A stretch of DNA of 64,000 nucleotides from a virus. Taxonomy: Duplodnaviria; Heunggongvirae; Uroviricota; Caudoviricetes. The position numbers and the translations under genes were made by a program. The notes beneath the pieces are model-generated. The model was not told the origin of the DNA. It ran no database searches and was given only the letters and a program-made list of their open reading frames with translations. The DNA lies in the IMG/VR virus record IMGVR_UViG_3300033405_000002, positions 115,595 to 179,594 of that record. The stretch is one strand, 5' to 3'. The stretch's first letter is position 1, and each line of letters begins with the position of its first letter. This document shows, one piece after another, positions 24,784-33,759 of the stretch.

Positions 24784-27700
24784 ATGGCAGCAGGTAATCC
24801 AATGGGTCCGGGCGGGCCGGGAACTCCCGGTGGTCCACAAGGCCCGCCTGACAATACCGACAAACTAACCGCGTCCATCAACACGTTGACTCAGGCGGTA
24901 ACTTTCCTCGTGAAGCTTTACGGCGAGATCGAGGAGAGTACGGAGACTGTTGCCGAAAACATCCAGATGGGCAACATGAAGTTGCGCGACCATATCAAGA
25001 TGTCTGACAGCCTTGAGAAGAACATCAAGCGCATGAACGAACTCTACAGGAAAAAGGGTAGCATGATGGATAAAGAGTTCCGTGAGTCTACTAAGGCTCA
25101 AAAGATGTTGAAGGAACTCGCCGATACTTACAAAGACGTTATGAAGAGCGCACAAGGTAACGTCACGGCTACTACTGCCCTGCAAAGCAAACTTACCAAA
25201 GTTGAAGCGCTCATGAAAGAGATTGGTAAGACAGCCACACTGAACAACGATGAGATGAGTAAGTTGGCTCAAGTGGTTGAAGATGCTACTGAGAATGTCG
25301 GTGCCCTTTCGAAGGCGTTGAAGGATATTGGCCCGCGTGCCGCAGCTATTCGTGGTGCAGTGGGAATGCTCGGTGGTCTCGGCATCGGAAAAGGTTTGCA
25401 ATACAAGGTCGATCAGCGGTATCGCCAAGTGCAAGAACTGAAAGACAAGGCGACAGAATCCCGCGCCACTCGCACAGAAGCTCAGCACAGGTACATGACG
25501 GACAGACGTGCGAAGGAAGTTGCAAAGATGGCGATAGAGAACCCTGACTGGGTTGAGGGCGGCAGGGCAAAAGGCGAGGGCGTTCAAGTTTTGGCGCAGC
25601 GTTTGTTTGGTAAAAGGGCGCAGGGCACCAAGATGTTTGGTGACTTTGTTGCTGGCGAAGCAGCAGGTGGCGAAGCGGCGGGCGGTGGTGTGGGGGCCGC
25701 GTATAAAGCGGCGATGACGGCTGGCGGCGGCGGTGCGCTAGGTGGTGCTGTGGAAATGCTGGAGACCGGAATTATGGAATTGACAGCAATGGCACCTGAG
25801 ATCATCGTCCCACTGGAGATTTTGATCGCTGCGGTTACGGCGTTAGCCGACTTGTTCGAGACTTACGTTCAGCAGAATAAAGACATTGAACGAAATCTAG
25901 GCAAAGGCGGGCTATTCACACAACCCGGAGTCGGCGCTGGTTCGGCGTTCATGGCCGCCCGTAATGTGCTTAACCCCGGACTCGTCGGTCAAGGCTTGGG
26001 TCTTGGTGTAACTTTTCAGAGAAACATGGAACTCGCCGGAGGTCTTGCAAACGCGGGACGCGGTGTAGGCGGCATGGTCATGGCGGCCAACGCCCCCGGC
26101 GCTACAGACTTAGCGAATCAGAGACCCGGAGCACTTGGTGGTGAGTTTATGAAGGGCGCTCTCGGTGAGATGCAGCGCGTTGTTATGGGTGTGAGTCGCG
26201 TAGCTGGACTTACTGACCAAGAAGGTGTTGCCAACCTCATCAAGATGCTTGACCAATACCGCGAGACAACGGCGTCAACCGAAGAGTTCATGGTTCGGCT
26301 GAACAAAGATACAGCCGCCGCTGGTATCTCCACAACAAAGTACCTGCAAATCATTGACGACGTTAACAGTCATTTCGACCGCATGAATAAGTCACTGGAG
26401 CAGACGAGCACCTTGATGCGCGACCTTAGCCGCGATGGTTCGATCAGCGCTGAAACGCTCAAGGACACGATGGAGTTCTTGACTAACACCGCACCTAAGA
26501 CAAGTGTAAGCAACATCGCAACTGCGATCTTCACGGAAAGCATCAAGAGCAAAGGCAACCTCGATGCACTCAGGCAGGCTGAGTCAAACACTTTGAACGA
26601 CTACCTGCTCAACGCAAAGAACGCCGGGGCCATCAATGACATTGACATGGGTAAGGTGCAGAAGTTAGCGGCTAGTGGCAGACAGGAAGATGTCGCGGAG
26701 GCGCAGAGAATGATTTCGAACGCGCTGGCAGCGACGGGAACGCTTGAACCGGAAAAGCAGAAGCAAGCGAACGAAGCGCTCATTAAGATCAAGGATCAAA
26801 TCAGAAAGGTTGCAGGCGTGGCGGGCGGGGCCGGGGAACGCGCCACAGGCAAGCTAGTTTACGGTGCGGATACTGCACAGCAGATTTCTGACCTGCAAGC
26901 CATTTTGGAAAAAGCGGCAGGAAGCTCCGGTGGTCTGCACAATCTCTACACCGGAAAAGTTTCAATGCAGGCTGGTATCCAAGCTGAAATGCTCGGTCAG
27001 ATGCTCGGTCTGAACAAAGAACAGGTCTTCGGTCAAATGGCTGACATCTCTTCCCGTATCGCCGCGTCTCAGATCGCAGCCGCAGGGAAAGAGACAAACC
27101 TGACCGATAAACGCCGTGATTACAAAGAGTTGTTCAAGATGATGTGGGCCAACCCGAACATGCGCGGCATGGCACGTCAGTTGAAGGATCAAGGTATGGG
27201 TATGGACGAAGCCTTCAACAACATCTATGACTCAGACAAAGACCAGCAGGCTATCGCCAAGCAGATCGCGGACAACACCGATACCATCGAAGAATCCCCG
27301 GACATCATGAACAAGATGCTTGGGCGTCTCGCGGAGCAGAACAAGATCGGTGACGACCAGCTTGCACAGCAACTCAATCAAGCGCGGGGCATCGGCATCC
27401 GCACGCAGACTCCGGCTGAGATGATTAAGAACGTCTTTGCTCCATGGATGACGGAACTGGTTCACGGTGTGGAATACATCGCAAAAGTTCTGGGGGGAAA
27501 TGTTGGCTTCACTGATACGCAGGAGCAACGGGATAAGATCATGGCGAAAGTCCCTGACGCCATCGCTGATGTGAGTAAGAAGGGCGAGAAGATGTATCAG
27601 GACTTGCAAGATATTAGAGATCGCCGTGATGCCAAAACCGGGAAGCTCTCGGATGCGGATCAGAAGCAGTTCGATACACAACTCGCCGCGTACAAGCAGA

Positions 27701-28071
27701 ACCAAGCAACGCTCTCGTACTTACAGGGGGTGCAGGATCAGGGCGGCTCGTTCTTGTCGCCAGACCAAGAAAAGAACGTAGTGGAAACACTCAACGCGAT
27801 TCACAGCGGTAAGGACGTTCAAGCACCAAAAGCCGCTGATGATGTTACGGGCGGCAGCCCACTCTGGAACGCCACTAAGTTCTTGGCAAAGCTGGCTGTT
27901 CCGCCATTAGCGGCTGCGGCGGAAGCGAAACAGGCAATTAACAACTACTACTTCAGCGCGGATGTGAACCAGTTGCTTAACAACAACGATCAGAGTGTAG
28001 GCACTGCATCTCAAGAAGCGGCAAAGAATGCGACCGCTGGTTCGATGCCAACAGGCGGGGGACATAGATGA
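24784..28071 (+). CDS. Tape measure protein-like (1095 aa)
   Basis: Long A/G/K/Q-rich helical protein preceding baseplate genes. Confidence 0.75.
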   Translation: MAAGNPMGPGGPGTPGGPQGPPDNTDKLTASINTLTQAVTFLVKLYGEIEESTETVAENIQMGNMKLRDHIKMSDSLEKNIKRMNELYRKKGSMMDKEFRESTKAQKMLKELADTYKDVMKSAQGNVTATTALQSKLTKVEALMKEIGKTATLNNDEMSKLAQVVEDATENVGALSKALKDIGPRAAAIRGAVGMLGGLGIGKGLQYKVDQRYRQVQELKDKATESRATRTEAQHRYMTDRRAKEVAKMAIENPDWVEGGRAKGEGVQVLAQRLFGKRAQGTKMFGDFVAGEAAGGEAAGGGVGAAYKAAMTAGGGGALGGAVEMLETGIMELTAMAPEIIVPLEILIAAVTALADLFETYVQQNKDIERNLGKGGLFTQPGVGAGSAFMAARNVLNPGLVGQGLGLGVTFQRNMELAGGLANAGRGVGGMVMAANAPGATDLANQRPGALGGEFMKGALGEMQRVVMGVSRVAGLTDQEGVANLIKMLDQYRETTASTEEFMVRLNKDTAAAGISTTKYLQIIDDVNSHFDRMNKSLEQTSTLMRDLSRDGSISAETLKDTMEFLTNTAPKTSVSNIATAIFTESIKSKGNLDALRQAESNTLNDYLLNAKNAGAINDIDMGKVQKLAASGRQEDVAEAQRMISNALAATGTLEPEKQKQANEALIKIKDQIRKVAGVAGGAGERATGKLVYGADTAQQISDLQAILEKAAGSSGGLHNLYTGKVSMQAGIQAEMLGQMLGLNKEQVFGQMADISSRIAASQIAAAGKETNLTDKRRDYKELFKMMWANPNMRGMARQLKDQGMGMDEAFNNIYDSDKDQQAIAKQIADNTDTIEESPDIMNKMLGRLAEQNKIGDDQLAQQLNQARGIGIRTQTPAEMIKNVFAPWMTELVHGVEYIAKVLGGNVGFTDTQEQRDKIMAKVPDAIADVSKKGEKMYQDLQDIRDRRDAKTGKLSDADQKQFDTQLAAYKQNQATLSYLQGVQDQGGSFLSPDQEKNVVETLNAIHSGKDVQAPKAADDVTGGSPLWNATKFLAKLAVPPLAAAAEAKQAINNYYFSADVNQLLNNNDQSVGTASQEAAKNATAGSMPTGGGHR

Positions 28072-29714
28072 GCAATTCTTATCTCAACTTAGCCCCAGCG
28101 ATTCAGCAGCAGATCATGAGTTATGCTTCACAGTATAGCTTTGATGGTCTGACCGCGTGCGCCGTGGCTCAGATTATATCTGGTGGGAACCAGTTCAACT
28201 CAAACAACAACCTACTTGTTACTAACTACGGCGTGGGTGTGATGGGTGTGAGCCTGTCTTTGGCGAGTTCTTTGGGCCTTGACGCTTCGAACGAAAACCA
28301 GAACATTCAAGCTGGTGTGATGTACTTGAGTCAATTGCTCGCGGCATTCTTCGGAAATTACGCATTGGCATTGGCGGCGTATGTGACTTCAGTTGCTACG
28401 GTTCAATCGTTCAACGGCGTGCCGCCCCTCCCGATTGTGCAGAATTTTGTATACAACGTAAGCACGATTGCGGCAAAGGCAGGCAGCAGTGCTGTATCCG
28501 GCTTGTATGCGATACGTAATCAGGTTGTGGCAGACCCAACAGCAGCCGGAACTGAAACGGGAAATATCATCGCACCGACTACACACGGAATAAACTACGG
28601 CAGCGGCTACACGCCCGAACAAGGGGCACAGAATTTGGCGGAACTCGCGAACGCAATGGACCCGTCAACTTTCGTTGACGACCCTTCGTTGAATAACACA
28701 CCTTGGTATCAGGATCAAGGACTGGTGACGGGAAACTCCCGCGTCCGCAACAGCGTTCAACCCGTGGCGTTCACTGTTTATCTCGACAGGAGCAACCCCA
28801 ATAGTTTAATCATGAATTCCAACGGACAGCCAGTTGAGATTCAGTTGAACACGTCGATGACAACGTTTGAAATCACCAGCAAACACGTGTACAACCGCAC
28901 GCCTTCGCGCACAGGGATGCACATTACTCTCTGGGGAATGCAGCCCGATTTAATCAGCGGCACGGGTTCCACTGGCGTTTTCATGAACCAATTTGGTATC
29001 ACGGACTTTTTCAGTGTCGCTAACGTGACCGATGATGTCCGTCAACTCGTCACGAACGGATTCAGTCAATCATTCAAGTCAAACTACTCGGATCAAGCAG
29101 GTGTATCAACGACAGGAGTGGTCAGCGCCGGAGGCAACAGCGTAGTCCCTACGTCCAGCGCAACCAACACGGCATTCTCTACCGGGCAGGTTTTCACCAA
29201 CTCGGCATCCGGCTCCCCGACGCTATCAGACAACATCATCAACTCCGTAGCGGAGCAAGACCCCGCTGATGCTTTTCGAGTTGCTGCGCAAGACGCATTC
29301 GTTGAACTGTTGAAGCTGTTTCAGATGAATGGCAATGTTTGGTTCAACACCCCCGGCTGGCAGGGCTACTTCGATGGTCAGGAACAGCAAGGCGTCAACG
29401 CTTGGTCGCCAAAGACGGGTGCGAGCAGTTTCCAGCAGCATTCGCGCAACAATGACGTGATGACTCGCGGCTATGTGTCCATGCGTTACAGAAACAATGT
29501 TTTTCTTGGCTACTTCAAGACCTTGAGTTGGACACAGGACGCGGAGTCTCCGTTCCAGTGGAAGTTCAATTTTACTTTTCAGGTGGAGCGCACTTACACA
29601 GCACTGTATTTCCCGAATTTCTCCGTCACGCAGTCGAACCAAGATACGAGTTCAGCGCCGCAGCCGAACCAACTGCCAAATCAGATTTACACGAACGAGA
29701 CTTATTCTGTCTAA
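28068..29714 (+). CDS. Baseplate/tube-initiator-like protein with N-terminal degenerate SLT (lytic transglycosylase) domain
   Basis: AVAQIISGG...GVGVMG...NQNIQAGVMYLSQLL...GNYALALAAYV follows the SLT pattern with ES, GLMQ and AYN motifs altered. Confidence 0.65.
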   Translation: MSNSYLNLAPAIQQQIMSYASQYSFDGLTACAVAQIISGGNQFNSNNNLLVTNYGVGVMGVSLSLASSLGLDASNENQNIQAGVMYLSQLLAAFFGNYALALAAYVTSVATVQSFNGVPPLPIVQNFVYNVSTIAAKAGSSAVSGLYAIRNQVVADPTAAGTETGNIIAPTTHGINYGSGYTPEQGAQNLAELANAMDPSTFVDDPSLNNTPWYQDQGLVTGNSRVRNSVQPVAFTVYLDRSNPNSLIMNSNGQPVEIQLNTSMTTFEITSKHVYNRTPSRTGMHITLWGMQPDLISGTGSTGVFMNQFGITDFFSVANVTDDVRQLVTNGFSQSFKSNYSDQAGVSTTGVVSAGGNSVVPTSSATNTAFSTGQVFTNSASGSPTLSDNIINSVAEQDPADAFRVAAQDAFVELLKLFQMNGNVWFNTPGWQGYFDGQEQQGVNAWSPKTGASSFQQHSRNNDVMTRGYVSMRYRNNVFLGYFKTLSWTQDAESPFQWKFNFTFQVERTYTALYFPNFSVTQSNQDTSSAPQPNQLPNQIYTNETYSV

Positions 29715-29722
29715 GGTAATTT

Positions 29723-30853
29723 ATGGCTGACTATAACGACAACCTGAGTGATGTAAGACCAGATGCGGGTACAAACCCGAACATCTCGCCGAACCAGCTT
29801 CCCATGCGTGGGGAGAAGCGCATCATTCCGGCCCCCGTCAGCCCATACGACGTAAACGGTGAGTTTACCCGCTCTTATTTTCTCTCTGGTCAGCAGCCGC
29901 CGTTCAACGGAAACATCGTAGAGACAGATGACTTCAACACAACGGCAGCACTGGAGCCGTTCGTAGATTATGTCCTTGTGCGCCTGTACAACCGTGGTCT
30001 AGGTGGGAACGGACAGCCGGACGGCAATCCCGCTGTCTATCGCTTCTTGATTAACCCGGCGCAGGTGCAGATCAACCGCCAGACTCTTGACGGTCAAGCG
30101 ATGGCTCGTGGCGGATGGCAGATTGGTGTGTGGGGTGAAGATGCTTTCATGGTGACATTGACCGGGAAGACGCCGGGACAGTATTTTGCCCTTGGCACTA
30201 CCGACCAATACCAGCCTTACACCATATCCTATCGTAACCTTGAACAATTAGTGGCTGTGTTCGAGAACAATGGGTATTGGTTTGAAGGTGAACAGGCGGG
30301 TGAGGGGCCGCTGGCGTCTAACGGTGTCGGTTTCTCTGGCGGCGGGGACTTTACGCGCCGCATCATCAAAATGCACGCGGACGTGCAGCTTATTGTCGGT
30401 AACTTTATCTGGCAGGGGATGTTTGATAGTTTGACGGTCTCACAAAACGCCGATGAACCATTTTTGATGTCGTTCAACATCAGCTTCGTCGCTTGGAAAG
30501 AGCGCTTCCGCAGCGGTTCGCCGTATCAGGATACGATTCACAACGATGTACTGCGCGGGCATGACTACGGAGCATGGAAGAACACGGCGATTCAGGTTCA
30601 ACAGAACACACAAGGGTATTCTTCCGCGACCGCTACAGCTTATACACCGGACGTGCCAACTACCACGTCAGAGATCAATACTTTGATCCCTGAACCGACG
30701 CCTACACCGACCGCGCCAGCCGTGGCTTCCGCACAGGCGAGTAACACTTTACCGCAGGTTGATCCTACGGCGAATGACTCGGTGCCGATGCAAAATGTGC
30801 TCAGCCCGTACTCAACGACAAACTCTAGCTTCTGGAATGGGACACTCGTCTAA
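29723..30853 (+). CDS. Baseplate-associated structural protein (376 aa)
   Basis: YRFLINP...LTGKT...GMFDSLTVSQNADEPF..SFNISF resembles tube-initiator fold; synteny. Confidence 0.6.
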   Translation: MADYNDNLSDVRPDAGTNPNISPNQLPMRGEKRIIPAPVSPYDVNGEFTRSYFLSGQQPPFNGNIVETDDFNTTAALEPFVDYVLVRLYNRGLGGNGQPDGNPAVYRFLINPAQVQINRQTLDGQAMARGGWQIGVWGEDAFMVTLTGKTPGQYFALGTTDQYQPYTISYRNLEQLVAVFENNGYWFEGEQAGEGPLASNGVGFSGGGDFTRRIIKMHADVQLIVGNFIWQGMFDSLTVSQNADEPFLMSFNISFVAWKERFRSGSPYQDTIHNDVLRGHDYGAWKNTAIQVQQNTQGYSSATATAYTPDVPTTTSEINTLIPEPTPTPTAPAVASAQASNTLPQVDPTANDSVPMQNVLSPYSTTNSSFWNGTLV

Positions 30854-33759
30854 TGGCAGCAAACGCGAATAACACGAACTCACCCCTGCCACAGCTTTCG
30901 TACACCAACACGATCCGCAGTGGAATTTCGCAGACGGTGCAAGAGCGCGAGATCATCAAGACCGCGCCGGACATCGTTGTGTTCATAGATGGGTTGCCTT
31001 ACTTAACGAACGTCTTTCTCAACCCACCAAACACAGGGCAGAAGTTCACTTTGGTCAATTTCAACGAGCATGTAACGACCTTCAGCGCCACTTACGACGT
31101 CGATGCGATGGTGCCAAATTGCTCAATCGGCTTGCAGGTGCCAAATTACCAAAAGTATCTTTACCAGATGCCGGGGGGAAACAACCTACTTCAAACGATG
31201 GCACAGGTGCAGGTTTACGCGAAGTCGTACAACATGGCGAGCACCGGGGATACTGTCTACCGCCGCGTGTTCAAAGGTGTGTCTTCACACATCAGTTACA
31301 ACGATAACGGTAAGACGCTGGAAATCTCTTTGCAGTGTCAAGGCGCTCTGTACATGCTGGAGAAGATGCAGATCAACATCCACCCGTCTGCTAACAACGT
31401 GACGCACAGCGGCTCACGCCAGACTATCTTCCAGTCTATCTTGGGAACAGGTGACTGCTTCTCTATTTTGTCCGCTTTGTTCACTGAAGGCTTGCGCTCT
31501 GACGGCTTCCAGTTTGGCTCGCTCAACAACGATACGCTACTGCCGGGGCAGAACAACACGAGTGCGTTCTACGATTCTGTCACCCGTGGCTACATCACTA
31601 AGTGGCAGGCGATCCTGACCAACATGGTGAAGGACGTTCATATCTACGGCCCGAACAAGGACAACCTTGGGGATGAGCTACCACTGGATCGCGATCCGAA
31701 TTACGGCAACATGGGGAAGATGCTTCGTCCCGCTGCGCTGGCAAAGCGCCCAACGAAGAATGAGTCACAGACTGCTACGGACTACGGCACGTATTACACG
31801 CAGATTCAAAAATACTACCCGTTCAGAAACATTACCGCACTGGACATGTTCAATGACGTGATTGTTAATCGTCTGGACGTGATTCGTGAAGTTGTGCGGA
31901 AGATGGACTTCGAAGCATATCAGGACATTGACGGCAAGATCATCATTAAGCCGCCGATTTACAACCTAGACGTAGTGAACCTTGGCCCGCAGTCTTCAAT
32001 GACAAGCACAGCGTTGAATAGCTCGTCCAACAGTCTCACTAATGCTGCGACACAGATTTATCCGACAAACAATCCGTTTGTGATTTATCTATCTGAAATT
32101 CTCACGGAACAAGAGACAGAGGATCAAGCTGCTATTCGCAGAACGCGCACCACGATTGTCGGTAACATTCTCCGCGAACTCGGCAACCAGTACCCGGTGC
32201 CTGTTTCTCAGGTTGGCGAGTACATTGACATCCCGAAGCTCGCTAAGTTCGGTCTGCGCGAAGAACCGCTTTATCAGGTGCCGTGGATTGCAGAAGCGGA
32301 CAAGGCTACTCTTTTTGCCCACGCCGCCGCAGAGACCGTTCGCGCTAACCGTGGCTACAGAACCTATACGTTTACCATTCCGATGCGCCCAGAACTGAAG
32401 ATTGGGTTCCCCGTCTTCATCCCGCATAAGGACATGTACTGCTACATCAAGTCGATCTCGTGTAACTATACCGTGGGCGGCACCGCAACCATGACGGTTA
32501 CGTGTGACTCCATCCGTCGCCGCGTACTCATCAACACGCAGCAGACAATCGGCACAGGTAGCAGCACTAAGTCAAATTCGGCGTATACGTCGGCACCGAA
32601 CCTTGTGTTTTCGTGGACAAAGAACGCGCCGCAACCAACACAGCCTGACCCCGCGCAAGCACCTAGTAACTCAGAGTATTGGCAGTCACAGGCTTCAAAT
32701 GTCTCGCAGGGCGGAAGCGCTGTAAGCAATAACCAAACGAATCCGTCCAGTCCAATCGGCGTGGCGCAGTTGATGCCTAGCCCTAGCGTGAACCCAGATG
32801 GCTCGAAGTACGGCCCGTCCCCGCAACAGTTGAAGGTTTACACCACGCAAGCACAGAACATCGGCTCTACGCAGGGCAACATGTTTAACACTCCGTATGC
32901 AACTTACGTGGTTGCCAATGACGGTGATAAGAACGCCGGGACAGCAGCAAGCCCGATTGTAGTCAACGGAACAACTTATTGGTCGCCGGGACCGGGGGGC
33001 GGGTATTTCACCAGCCAACGCCCAGCCGACTATTGGTACGTCCAAGCGCTCTGCGGAAACACAGGTGTCGCGGGCTTCACGGGTTCTGGCTCTGTTCTTC
33101 CTTACACAGATGACAAAGGCTACGAGCTTATCTCGCCGTTCCCTTGGGGCCGCTGGATTGACTTGAACACCGCGCTCAAGGAATTTACAGAGCAAGGCTG
33201 GGTGCAGGGTACTACATCTGCAAACGGCACACAGACACCGCAAAGTTTGAATGATCTGGTCACCTTGGCGAACACGGACGCTTTCTTGTTCGCCGGACTT
33301 GGCACTCCAAGCGCTACGGGGGACTCGGCAACGCAGTTGATTCAGGCTCTCAACGAGCAGATTCAGCTTGTGGGTGGTTCGAGCATTGCGACGGCACCGC
33401 CAGTTCAGACGAGCAACAGCGCTAACACAAACACGACGTTCACAAATCAGTCGTCCATTGTTCAGCCGGACTTTACTGTCATTGTGTTGCACTACGACCC
33501 AAGCCAGCCGGGTTCATTCGCCGACAACAGCCTGCTGAATCAGCCGCAGCCGGAGAACAAATACGCCGAATCGCTTTTGACAACCACACAAAGCTCTACT
33601 CAGCAGCTTGTTAACGTATTAGTCAGTGGGGTGGTAAACCCAATCCCAACGGCGCAGGAGCAGGTGATCGTGTTGAATCAAAAGAATCCGGCCGCACAAA
33701 ACGTGAAACTGCTCAACACGATAACACCTAACCCGAACGCACCAGCAGGACAAGAGTAA
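30853..33759 (+). CDS. Baseplate hub protein-like (968 aa)
   Basis: RVFKG...ISLQCQG, FEAYQDIDGKIIIKPP, IPMRPELKIGFPV...YIKSISCNYTVGG.ATMTVT hub-like motifs. Confidence 0.65.
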   Translation: MAANANNTNSPLPQLSYTNTIRSGISQTVQEREIIKTAPDIVVFIDGLPYLTNVFLNPPNTGQKFTLVNFNEHVTTFSATYDVDAMVPNCSIGLQVPNYQKYLYQMPGGNNLLQTMAQVQVYAKSYNMASTGDTVYRRVFKGVSSHISYNDNGKTLEISLQCQGALYMLEKMQINIHPSANNVTHSGSRQTIFQSILGTGDCFSILSALFTEGLRSDGFQFGSLNNDTLLPGQNNTSAFYDSVTRGYITKWQAILTNMVKDVHIYGPNKDNLGDELPLDRDPNYGNMGKMLRPAALAKRPTKNESQTATDYGTYYTQIQKYYPFRNITALDMFNDVIVNRLDVIREVVRKMDFEAYQDIDGKIIIKPPIYNLDVVNLGPQSSMTSTALNSSSNSLTNAATQIYPTNNPFVIYLSEILTEQETEDQAAIRRTRTTIVGNILRELGNQYPVPVSQVGEYIDIPKLAKFGLREEPLYQVPWIAEADKATLFAHAAAETVRANRGYRTYTFTIPMRPELKIGFPVFIPHKDMYCYIKSISCNYTVGGTATMTVTCDSIRRRVLINTQQTIGTGSSTKSNSAYTSAPNLVFSWTKNAPQPTQPDPAQAPSNSEYWQSQASNVSQGGSAVSNNQTNPSSPIGVAQLMPSPSVNPDGSKYGPSPQQLKVYTTQAQNIGSTQGNMFNTPYATYVVANDGDKNAGTAASPIVVNGTTYWSPGPGGGYFTSQRPADYWYVQALCGNTGVAGFTGSGSVLPYTDDKGYELISPFPWGRWIDLNTALKEFTEQGWVQGTTSANGTQTPQSLNDLVTLANTDAFLFAGLGTPSATGDSATQLIQALNEQIQLVGGSSIATAPPVQTSNSANTNTTFTNQSSIVQPDFTVIVLHYDPSQPGSFADNSLLNQPQPENKYAESLLTTTQSSTQQLVNVLVSGVVNPIPTAQEQVIVLNQKNPAAQNVKLLNTITPNPNAPAGQE

